IMG/VR virus record: IMGVR_UViG_3300024312_000003
Coordinates: 1 to 64,000 of that record
Source: a virus
Strand: one strand, 5' to 3'
DNA length: 64,000 nucleotides
Shown here piece by piece: positions 56,134 through 63,892 of this stretch; within the stretch, counting starts at the first letter, position 1, and every line of letters begins with the position of its first letter. The translations under genes were made by a program, and so were the position numbers. The notes under the pieces were generated by a model that made no database searches, was not told where the DNA came from, and was given only the letters and a program-made list of their open reading frames with translations.

Positions 56134-56736
56134 TCAAGGACGTGAATTTGCTTGGAACTCACGCAACTCAGCTGTACGAACATCTTCCAAATACTGATGA
56201 TACTTGGAGATGAAGCCGCGACTCACCAGTTTGCCGTACAAAACATCGTGCCCGTGATATTCGTGATTTTTGGTGCCGGTACTTTCATTTGGATTGTAAT
56301 CCATGTCATTACCGGCATGCCGCATGATCAGGCTCCAAATTTGCTCACCAGTCAGTTGTTCAGCCAATCGCATGCGTTGCATGGTGAAAGGGTAAACGGG
56401 TGCCATACACAAAACCTCAGTGTCGGTGAGGTAATTGTAGATCACCGGGGTCGGAATTTCAGCTCGTGATACCATTTCGTATCGAACAACAAAACCAACG
56501 ACTGGACTGGAATTGTTATTACCAAAAGCAATAACTGGCCGCCCAATCATCATCTCCATCTCAATGTTTTGATGACGAATTTTATTTTCTTCCGCCGCTT
56601 TCTCAATTTGTAGAGCTTTCCTGGTCATGATTGAATTGCTCAATCGAGCCATCTTCTTCGGGAAGAAAGCATACAGCATTTCAATCAGCAGTCCGTTTTG
56701 ACCACTGGCTTCTTTGATGATTTGTTCATTTGTCAT
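56134..56736 (-). CDS. Hypothetical protein
   Basis: 200 aa, AAGGA RBS. Confidence 0.7.
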   Translation of the reverse strand: MTNEQIIKEASGQNGLLIEMLYAFFPKKMARLSNSIMTRKALQIEKAAEENKIRHQNIEMEMMIGRPVIAFGNNNSSPVVGFVVRYEMVSRAEIPTPVIYNYLTDTEVLCMAPVYPFTMQRMRLAEQLTGEQIWSLIMRHAGNDMDYNPNESTGTKNHEYHGHDVLYGKLVSRGFISKYHQYLEDVRTAELREFQANSRP

Positions 56737-56784
56737 GTTGTTTCCTTGTGTATTCTTAAGATTGTGCTTGCTTGTAAAAAACTA

Positions 56785-57066
56785 TCAGTGAAGAATTATT
56801 TTTGGGGGAGCTTTCCGATTGTGGAAAACCTGCATAGAGCCGTCTGAAAATACCAACACTGCAGTCGGACTGGTCATTGTATTCAAGATATTGGTAAATT
56901 GCTCTTTATATTCCCATTTCAAAATCTTGACAAAATCACAATTAATAGCGTTTCCAGAGACCATGTGTTCGACGTATTGTTCCTCAGTCAAATCACACTT
57001 GTAAATCGCGACGTCGTCTGGACGGTTGAACGTTGGTTCTTTATCAACAGTGATGGTAATTGCCAT
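56785..57066 (-). CDS. Hypothetical protein
   Basis: 93 aa in a tightly packed operon. Confidence 0.65.
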   Translation of the reverse strand: MAITITVDKEPTFNRPDDVAIYKCDLTEEQYVEHMVSGNAINCDFVKILKWEYKEQFTNILNTMTSPTAVLVFSDGSMQVFHNRKAPPKIILH

Positions 57067-57068
57067 AC

Positions 57069-57329
57069 TTAACTCACTAAATGCTGAATGTTGATTATTT
57101 CGTAATTATTCTTCTGGCATTGAAAGTTCTTCAATTCAATACCTTTTAGCGACTCAATTGTCTTTTGCGCTATTTCAATTGTGGTGAAGAATACTCCTTC
57201 AATTGTGGAGCCAATATCAGATTTACTCACCTTTCTAAAACAAGCTTCTGTCTTGTTATTAGAATTCATGATTAAACCAGCATAGACGAGGAATTCATCC
57301 TCGTCTTTTATGCCGATAAAATAAATCAT
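57069..57329 (-). CDS. Hypothetical protein
   Basis: 86 aa, ATGA overlap with the upstream gene. Confidence 0.6.
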   Translation of the reverse strand: MIYFIGIKDEDEFLVYAGLIMNSNNKTEACFRKVSKSDIGSTIEGVFFTTIEIAQKTIESLKGIELKNFQCQKNNYEIINIQHLVS

Positions 57330-57592
57330 AGATGGTATTTAGGGTGAGCCAGCGCTCGTCCGACCCAAATCTCATCGGCTTCACCAACGCCGACTCCCAG
57401 ACCTTTGGATTCACCAAATACCTGGACACCTTCGGCGGTTTGCGTGAAATAACCAGCCCCAGTAATTGTTCCAGGAATGAAACAGTGTTTGATTGCATCG
57501 TGAGGAACCACTTCTGGAATCAAAATGGCACCATCAACGATGACTGTGCCTGCGATGATTTCGCCAGTCACGTATTTTCCTTTTTCGTACAT
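57326..57592 (-). CDS. Small conserved phage hypothetical protein
   Basis: 88 aa from ATG 57592 (AAGGAG RBS); H...GAGYF...FGESKGLG...D pattern. Confidence 0.7.
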   Translation of the reverse strand: MYEKGKYVTGEIIAGTVIVDGAILIPEVVPHDAIKHCFIPGTITGAGYFTQTAEGVQVFGESKGLGVGVGEADEIWVGRALAHPKYHL

Positions 57593-57593
57593 T

Positions 57594-58121
57594 TTATTCT
57601 CCTTGATAAACAATGAATGATTGATTTTTTGCTTTGGAGATTTCTTTCCAAAGCATTTCAGGAACAGTGATGTCGTTGAAAGCAGGAATGAATGAAGGCA
57701 TGAAACCGCTTGACTTGTTAACAAGGGTCGACTTCAGAATCCACCTCTTAGAAGAATCAACTCCAGGCATTTGAGAAGGATACCACCAATCCATGATTGA
57801 CGGATTGATATTACTCTCATCAATGAACTTTTGCCGTATGACTCCAAATGAAATCATATCCTGACATGACTTGATCATCATCTCAAACAACATCTCTTGC
57901 ATGCTGTCTTTCTGAATTTTCAACCATCCGTTGAAAACAAAGTAAACGCTTGCTTTGAGGTTATCGAACAAAAGCTCATCCAAAGGCTTGTTGTCAAGTT
58001 CCTTTTGTGCGTTGATTTCAATCTCACATTTCAACAGTGAGACCCCAACTTTATTCATGACTTCGTTACCAAGCATTTTTTCAAATGCATTGTCGAAGTT
58101 CTCGCAAGTGTAAATGCTCAT
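57594..58121 (-). CDS. Hypothetical protein
   Basis: 175 aa from ATG 58121 (ATGA overlap). Confidence 0.65.
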   Translation of the reverse strand: MSIYTCENFDNAFEKMLGNEVMNKVGVSLLKCEIEINAQKELDNKPLDELLFDNLKASVYFVFNGWLKIQKDSMQEMLFEMMIKSCQDMISFGVIRQKFIDESNINPSIMDWWYPSQMPGVDSSKRWILKSTLVNKSSGFMPSFIPAFNDITVPEMLWKEISKAKNQSFIVYQGE

Positions 58122-58636
58122 TTGATTTTCATTGCGTGAATATCCCAACGATGATCGTAGAGGTCGTTGAGAAATTGTTGATGTGGCAACCAAGCTTCGT
58201 ACAACTTCTCATCCAAATTCACATTCGGATCATAATGACACTTACCGCCTTCGACAGGGATGAGTTGTTGACAGACATATGGACGTTCATCGAAACGCAA
58301 TGAACACCCAGTTTCTGTCAAATTGACACATTGACCAAAGTTATCCCCTCTGGATGTTTTGGTGCTCCATTGCTTACTGATTGATGTCGTCGGTTGCAAA
58401 ACCAAAAACGAGTAATCGGGAGCTACGAGAGTATCGCTATCAGGGTAGATATCGATCTGATTGATGACAACCAAACCATCATCCATCATCTTATCGATGA
58501 TTTCAAACTGATTAGTTTGCCCTTTGAGAATTTGGTTTGGCATGAATGAGCCGGGACTGCTCTTGCAGCACTGACCTCCGCAAGGTGTGCAGATGTCTTT
58601 GTTCTCGTTTTGAATTGGAATGACTTTTTGATTCAT
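58118..58636 (-). CDS. CxxCxxCC (YkgJ/UPF0153) putative Fe-S/Zn-binding protein
   Basis: CTPCGGQCC...CVNLTETGC...ERPYVC. Confidence 0.8.
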   Translation of the reverse strand: MNQKVIPIQNENKDICTPCGGQCCKSSPGSFMPNQILKGQTNQFEIIDKMMDDGLVVINQIDIYPDSDTLVAPDYSFLVLQPTTSISKQWSTKTSRGDNFGQCVNLTETGCSLRFDERPYVCQQLIPVEGGKCHYDPNVNLDEKLYEAWLPHQQFLNDLYDHRWDIHAMKIK

Positions 58637-58895
58637 GACTTGGACCTTTTCGCCTTACACTAGCGTACTTTTTCCATTCTCCAGAATACATCATTTTTTC
58701 ACACAGACCCTTAGCGGCTGAGAGCTTATGCCTCGGCATGTAAGTGGTTTGGTCTGTTATGATTTCTAGTTGGTTGACTAGATAGATGTTGTATCCTTTA
58801 TTTTGTTTGTAGTTTGGATCGATTAGGAACATCCACTCCTTATCCAGGAGCAGATATTCCCAGCCATACTTATCGACTTGCCAATAACCAAACAT
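58512..58895 (-). CDS. Hypothetical protein with a long 3' overlap
   Basis: 127 aa; the last 125 nt overlap the CxxCxxCC gene. Confidence 0.55.
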   Translation of the reverse strand: MFGYWQVDKYGWEYLLLDKEWMFLIDPNYKQNKGYNIYLVNQLEIITDQTTYMPRHKLSAAKGLCEKMMYSGEWKKYASVRRKGPSHESKSHSNSKREQRHLHTLRRSVLQEQSRLIHAKPNSQRAN

Positions 58896-58897
58896 TT

Positions 58898-59533
58898 TTA
58901 TTTTGTCTTAACTTTTGCAATAGAAGTATAGACACCTTCTTTAGCCTTTTGCATCTCTGGATTTTCCAGAGATTTCTCATAGTAGTGTTTGTTTACCAAC
59001 CAAATGGACTCACCTGTTGGGAATTTCACTTTTCGCAACATAGTAAGTTTATGACGATATTTACAGTCATATTGGTAATATTGCTCCAACAAGACACTAC
59101 CATCGTCAAATACTTCAGATTCACCATTCAGACGAGTACGCCAATGTCCTGAATTTGTTTTTTGTTCGATATTGAACAAAGCCAATTCTTCAGAAATAGG
59201 AATGAATTGAAGTACAATGGTGAAACCAAATCTGTTGATGTGTTCCAAATCATAATCTGGACGAATTTTCAGAAGTTCCAAATTCAAGGCAATCATTTCT
59301 TGATAGATGTCTCGAACCCTGGACGTTGAAATGCTGTATTGTTCAGCCAAGTCTTTGACTTTTGCATTGTGATTATAGATTTTATCCATGATCACTTTGT
59401 TTCTTGCAGGAATTCGATTGATCTTTTCGAACAATCGGATATAGGCTTCATGTTGCCAAATTTGTCTGTTGTGGTAATCGATTTCCTCAACAGCTGCGGA
59501 ATTAGTGTTAACAAATCGGACAGAGTTAGTCAT
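58898..59533 (-). CDS. Protein with a sigma-70 region 4-like HTH
   Basis: INRIPARNKVIMDKIY...VKDLAEQYSISTSRVRDIYQEMI fits L..L..RE..V..L.Y....T..EIA..LGIS..RVRQI. Confidence 0.6.
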   Translation of the reverse strand: MTNSVRFVNTNSAAVEEIDYHNRQIWQHEAYIRLFEKINRIPARNKVIMDKIYNHNAKVKDLAEQYSISTSRVRDIYQEMIALNLELLKIRPDYDLEHINRFGFTIVLQFIPISEELALFNIEQKTNSGHWRTRLNGESEVFDDGSVLLEQYYQYDCKYRHKLTMLRKVKFPTGESIWLVNKHYYEKSLENPEMQKAKEGVYTSIAKVKTK

Positions 59534-59535
59534 GA

Positions 59536-60393
59536 TTATTTCTTTCTGTACTTTTCAATAGGTTGAGCATTTGCATAAATGTCTTTTAGGATGGCTGCGC
59601 CTTCATCAATTCTAACAGACATTCCGCTGGCAAATTTATGACCACCACCGTTAATAGTTTTATGTTTAACGGCGTGATTAGAAACATCAAAGCTGTTGCT
59701 TCTAAGAGAAAAGACCATATGTCCTTCGCTTGTTACGAAGTACATGGCTGCGAAATCAATCGCGTAATCCGTGTATAGTTTCTCTCCGACTTCAGAGAAA
59801 AGTCCAGTCACGTTAACAACCGCACACAAAGCACCATCCCATTCGCCAACTACTGCTTTTGAAACAAACGAATCGACTACCGCAGATTCGTATTTCATCA
59901 AGTAAGGCGCTTCTGTCAATAGTTCACTGGTATCGTGAAGATGTTTCTCATATTCGCGAAAATCTTTAATTCCTTTTAGAACTGAAGTTACTTTTCTAGT
60001 ATCTTCAATTTTGAATTTCCACAAATCTCGATCCTGAATGATTTTTATCAGCTCAGGCGGTTGTTGGTCTTTGTGAAAATATTCCCAAGCCAACATGGCT
60101 CCAGATTTATCCATGTCGAATTGTGCAAAAGGTAACCCGCTTAGCTGATCCATTGCTGTTTTATGATGATCCAAAACAATCAAAGAATTCGATCGATCAT
60201 TTAGAGAAATCAGAGTTTCTTTTGGATATGAAAAATCCAGAATGAAAATGTTTGACCCAGACTCGATTTCCGGCAATGGTTTGTTGTAATTGACAGGAAT
60301 ATAAATTGCATTTTCCCTGAATTTCAGAAACGCAGCCAAAGCCGCTCCGCTACCATCGGTACAGTTTTCATGGAACAAGACGATATTTTTCAT
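59536..60393 (-). CDS. DHH/DHHA1 phosphoesterase (NrnB/oligoribonuclease-like)
   Basis: HENCTDG, ILDF, LDHHKTA, IQDRDLW and GGGHKFASG motifs. Confidence 0.9.
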   Translation of the reverse strand: MKNIVLFHENCTDGSGAALAAFLKFRENAIYIPVNYNKPLPEIESGSNIFILDFSYPKETLISLNDRSNSLIVLDHHKTAMDQLSGLPFAQFDMDKSGAMLAWEYFHKDQQPPELIKIIQDRDLWKFKIEDTRKVTSVLKGIKDFREYEKHLHDTSELLTEAPYLMKYESAVVDSFVSKAVVGEWDGALCAVVNVTGLFSEVGEKLYTDYAIDFAAMYFVTSEGHMVFSLRSNSFDVSNHAVKHKTINGGGHKFASGMSVRIDEGAAILKDIYANAQPIEKYRKK

Positions 60394-60406
60394 GATTTAG
60401 TTTCCT

Positions 60407-61273
60407 TTACTTATAACGTTTGACTTTGTGATCGTTAACGAAATCTTCATCCCAAACACAGAAAGCGCGATGCCGAATGTTGCTATTGGTAATCATACCG
60501 CCAGGATACTCCAGTCCACGATAACCGTATTCTTCCAACATCACGCGAATGCGTTGATAATTGAGTTTTCGATAAGGGAAGTGATGATGCTTCACCACTC
60601 GAAGGAAATCATCAAATTTCTCAATTTGAATAACTTTACGACGTTCATCGTGTACCCAGCTTCGAACCACAGACCCTGTTACTGGATCGCGTCGAGCCAC
60701 CAGTCTCGAATTTTCACGAATGGTGACTTCAATCTTGTCAGCAACACACCCCCAATCAAAGAACATTTTCAAATATTCTTCAGGAGTGGTACGGTCGAGC
60801 ATCAACATCGAGTCGTTGAACAATCTTTCAGGGAAATTGAATTCGCTGATGTACCCGACTTGTTTGGGTTTCTCTTTGTGATACGTGTAGTTGCAAGAAA
60901 GTGGTTGAGCTTTATCGAACAATGTGGATCGATCGATCTTAACCTCAATGAAACCTTCCTCAATCTTGTCAAGGAATTGATAGTGATCGAAGCTGGTAGC
61001 TTCTTCAATCTTTTTCTTCAAAACTTCAGTCACGTATCGACCGTACGCGATTTCTTGAGCGTGTTGTTTGGTTGCAGCTCTTCCTTGAAACAAGACCACT
61101 TTGGAGTCACGAGAATATCGCTCATAGTGACCTTTGGTACGATAAGTTTCAGCCACATTCTTCTTGGTGGTCAGATAAATACCTTGACCAACCAAACAAC
61201 GTTTGTTTGTTTTGTTGAAGTCGAATTCTTTGATTTTTTCAGCGTCACCGCGATAGAGTGTGATCGTGCTCAT
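60407..61273 (-). CDS. ADP-ribosyltransferase-fold (ART-PolyVal/PARP-like) protein
   Basis: LYRG...EFDF...GQGIYLT...VAETY at the N-terminus and GYRGLEY...AFCVWD at the C-terminus, with a long insertion between. Confidence 0.6.
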   Translation of the reverse strand: MSTITLYRGDAEKIKEFDFNKTNKRCLVGQGIYLTTKKNVAETYRTKGHYERYSRDSKVVLFQGRAATKQHAQEIAYGRYVTEVLKKKIEEATSFDHYQFLDKIEEGFIEVKIDRSTLFDKAQPLSCNYTYHKEKPKQVGYISEFNFPERLFNDSMLMLDRTTPEEYLKMFFDWGCVADKIEVTIRENSRLVARRDPVTGSVVRSWVHDERRKVIQIEKFDDFLRVVKHHHFPYRKLNYQRIRVMLEEYGYRGLEYPGGMITNSNIRHRAFCVWDEDFVNDHKVKRYK

Positions 61274-61661
61274 GATTCAAAATGTTTTCTAAATATTGTT
61301 TCGAATTCAATACAATCGATTCAGTACTTGATTGCTTAAATCCATTTATAAGAATATCCCAATGTTCTTGAAGATGCTCTTCAAGTTCTGTGGATTTATT
61401 CCTTTTATTTATTCTATTTATGTATTCTTCTTTTAAAGATATGTCTGGATAAATTATTTTGTATTTAATTTGTCGTTTATTTAATTCTTGTCTTAGAATA
61501 CCCCACATTGGTAAAAGTGGAATTTTACCACAGTTTTCATTTTCTAGAGCAAGATTTACAATTTCATCGACTCCCAAATACGGAATGTCAAGATCAATAA
61601 ACCTTGAATTCTTCCTACTTAGAGTAGTTTTACCTGTAGCGTGAAAGCAACAATAAATCAT
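61245..61661 (-). CDS. Small P-loop kinase-like protein
   Basis: FHATGKTT, FIDLD and IIYPD.SLKEEYINR..KR pattern of phage nucleotide-kinase-like proteins. Confidence 0.6.
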   Translation of the reverse strand: MIYCCFHATGKTTLSRKNSRFIDLDIPYLGVDEIVNLALENENCGKIPLLPMWGILRQELNKRQIKYKIIYPDISLKEEYINRINKRNKSTELEEHLQEHWDILINGFKQSSTESIVLNSKQYLENILNHEHDHTLSR

Positions 61662-61706
61662 AAGGGTCCTAATTATTAAGAACTCAATTAAAAAATCTTA
61701 ATAATT

Positions 61707-61736
61707 AGGACAGAGATACAATTGTATCTCTGTCCT
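61707..61736. repeat. 30-bp perfect palindrome centred on AATT (terminator-like)
   Basis: AGGACAGAGATACAATTGTATCTCTGTCCT. Confidence 0.85.
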
Positions 61737-61742
61737 GTTTAG

Positions 61743-62057
61743 TTACTTCTTACCGAAATGTCGTTGGACAAAGCCTTCACGATTGATGATCGTGAAACCC
61801 ATCTGCTTGAGTTCAGCAAAGCGTTTGAGAACCATCTGCGGAGACTTGTAAGGCTCTCCCGTCTTCTTGTTCAACAAACCACTCCATTGGACCTTGTAGC
61901 CGTCTTTGAGATGGTTATAATCTGGTCGACGAGAATCGACTTTCTTGAAGGCCGCAGGAAGCTTATCAGGATTCCATTTCTCATTGACTGCCACAATGAA
62001 GCAGTTCGAGCCATGGATCGAGAAAGAGATGTAAATTTTGGTCAGTTTCTTTGTCAT
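61743..62057 (-). CDS. Hypothetical protein
   Basis: 104 aa, basic. Confidence 0.7.
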   Translation of the reverse strand: MTKKLTKIYISFSIHGSNCFIVAVNEKWNPDKLPAAFKKVDSRRPDYNHLKDGYKVQWSGLLNKKTGEPYKSPQMVLKRFAELKQMGFTIINREGFVQRHFGKK

Positions 62058-62063
62058 GTTGTT

Positions 62064-63527
62064 TTATCCGTTACTAGATGCTAGTGGTTCATCGGGAGCT
62101 GGTGGATTAAAGGGAGACGCGTTAATTCTGCTATTTCTTTGAGTTTGAGAAAGATCAAAATCCCAGTTCAAATCTTTATTTGTTTGAAAGGGAATATTTC
62201 GATGTCCTACCTCATTACTGATAGACCCATGAATTCCGTGTTGAAACATCTTTACTGAGTCACGCACAATTTCGGCTGCTGACGGCCATCCGGTTGGATA
62301 ATGAATATCCTCTGCGTGTGGATGTTCAAGACGTACCGGAGCAATATTGCTCCTGTCGTTAGGATTATGATTCTTCAAACTTTCAGAATCTTTGATGATT
62401 GCCTCATCTGATCGATGCTCTGTATCGAAAAGATAATTCTTAGTCTTGAATTTAAGAGTATCAGTCTCAATTTCAAATCCAGAATCACCTAGGGTGATTT
62501 TCAATTCAGAAAAATCACCTCTTGTAATTTGAGTAGTTTCAGAGTAGGCAAATTCAAATTCGTTAATTTTTTTAGTTCTCTTAAAGATAGTGTAATAACT
62601 ATAATCCCCATTAATCCTTAGGAAATAGGTTTCTTCCTTTTCGTCAAAGCAATTAATGCACGAATATTGATCACCAAATGTGCCGTTTGTTTTAAGCTCA
62701 TAAAACACTTCATTGGAAATTGCTTCAATCGAATTCACAATACTTTCGTTATGAATGTTAGATTCAGTAACGTAAGCTTTCAACAAATCGTAAGTGATCT
62801 TAATTTGTTGAGTCATGATGGCGAGTTGAATTATTTCTTTTGTGGTCATTCCTCGTTTGTAATTATCTTTGAAATATTCAATCACTTCAGGGAATTTCAA
62901 AGATTCGAAGAATTTAGAGTATCGAATTCGACCCGGACGACCTTTCAAGTATTCGTTTACCCGACTGTAATCGTTGGCGCAAATGATTGTCAGCTTCTTA
63001 CCACCACCACACGAACCATCAAGAATGCTCAAAATACCATTTTGAGCAGACGTCTCTTCGTTGAGTTCAGGATTGTAATAATGCTTGTCAAATTCATCAA
63101 ACATCACAACGATGTTTTGCTTGATCTTTGCAAAAAGATTTGCAAGCATATTCAGAGGAATTGCGTGATCAACAATCACCACTGGATAATCCATACCGAG
63201 TGCTGTTTTTGCGATCACCTGCAGCGTGGTTGTTTTACCAGTACCTTTGAGACCGTAGAGGCCAATACCCATGCAGGTGTCTTGGGTTTCAAAAGTCTTG
63301 AGGTATCGAGCTGTGTCTTTGTGGACACTTCCGTAAATCTTGGGAGGTGGGTTTGGAAATTCAGAAAGTTCCAGATAGAGATTTTTCTCCTCACCATCAA
63401 ATCGGATTCGATAAATTCCAGTTGGAATTGCATCATGAATGTTTCCAGGAACCATCGTCATGGCGTCGACGCGGCCATCCGGATGAACATTAAAGGCGAA
63501 CTTACGAAGATTTTGAGTAGAAGTCAT
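62064..63527 (-). CDS. AAA+ ATPase with a divergent C-terminal domain
   Basis: Walker A GLKGTGKTT, Walker B MFDEFDK, LSILDG, arginine finger RPGRIRY. Confidence 0.88.
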   Translation of the reverse strand: MTSTQNLRKFAFNVHPDGRVDAMTMVPGNIHDAIPTGIYRIRFDGEEKNLYLELSEFPNPPPKIYGSVHKDTARYLKTFETQDTCMGIGLYGLKGTGKTTTLQVIAKTALGMDYPVVIVDHAIPLNMLANLFAKIKQNIVVMFDEFDKHYYNPELNEETSAQNGILSILDGSCGGGKKLTIICANDYSRVNEYLKGRPGRIRYSKFFESLKFPEVIEYFKDNYKRGMTTKEIIQLAIMTQQIKITYDLLKAYVTESNIHNESIVNSIEAISNEVFYELKTNGTFGDQYSCINCFDEKEETYFLRINGDYSYYTIFKRTKKINEFEFAYSETTQITRGDFSELKITLGDSGFEIETDTLKFKTKNYLFDTEHRSDEAIIKDSESLKNHNPNDRSNIAPVRLEHPHAEDIHYPTGWPSAAEIVRDSVKMFQHGIHGSISNEVGHRNIPFQTNKDLNWDFDLSQTQRNSRINASPFNPPAPDEPLASSNG

Positions 63528-63542
63528 TTTTGATCAGTTGAT

Positions 63543-63812
63543 TTATTCAGAAATGTACTTGGTGATGATTTCTTCAAGAGTGTGACTGCGAAGCAAACCT
63601 TCGATTTGACCGACGGCTACGAGCACATCACCCGCGTCCAGATCAGTAGGCGCATCAATTGCCAGACGCTCTTCCCCGTCTTCGTATTTGATTTTTACAA
63701 TTGTGAAAGAGCCGGGATCCCAGTCTAGAAATGTTGAAAACAGTTTATTCAAAAAACTGATGTCAAAAGCAGTGACTGCGCTTGCTTGGATTGGAATGAA
63801 TTTGAGTTCCAT
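63543..63812 (-). CDS. Hypothetical protein
   Basis: 89-aa ORF. Confidence 0.65.
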   Translation of the reverse strand: MELKFIPIQASAVTAFDISFLNKLFSTFLDWDPGSFTIVKIKYEDGEERLAIDAPTDLDAGDVLVAVGQIEGLLRSHTLEEIITKYISE

Positions 63813-63840
63813 GATTTACCCAAAATAAAAAGAATGTTTT

Positions 63841-63882
63841 ACCTATTACACTTCAGTGATATGTATCTGAAGTGTAATAGGT
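63841..63882. promoter_or_regulatory. 16-bp inverted repeat enclosing an early-promoter-like motif
   Basis: ACCTATTACACTTCAG-TGATATGTAT-CTGAAGTGTAATAGGT. Confidence 0.55.
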
Positions 63883-63892
63883 TTTATGTTGT

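Noticed and set aside
47032-63533. Long antisense ORFs (216, 112, 292, 303 and 288 aa) as real overlapping genes
   Set aside because: All are codon-aligned shadows of strongly biased sense genes, and I recognise no protein motifs in them; they are explained by TTA/CTA/TCA avoidance, which is reported as a finding.
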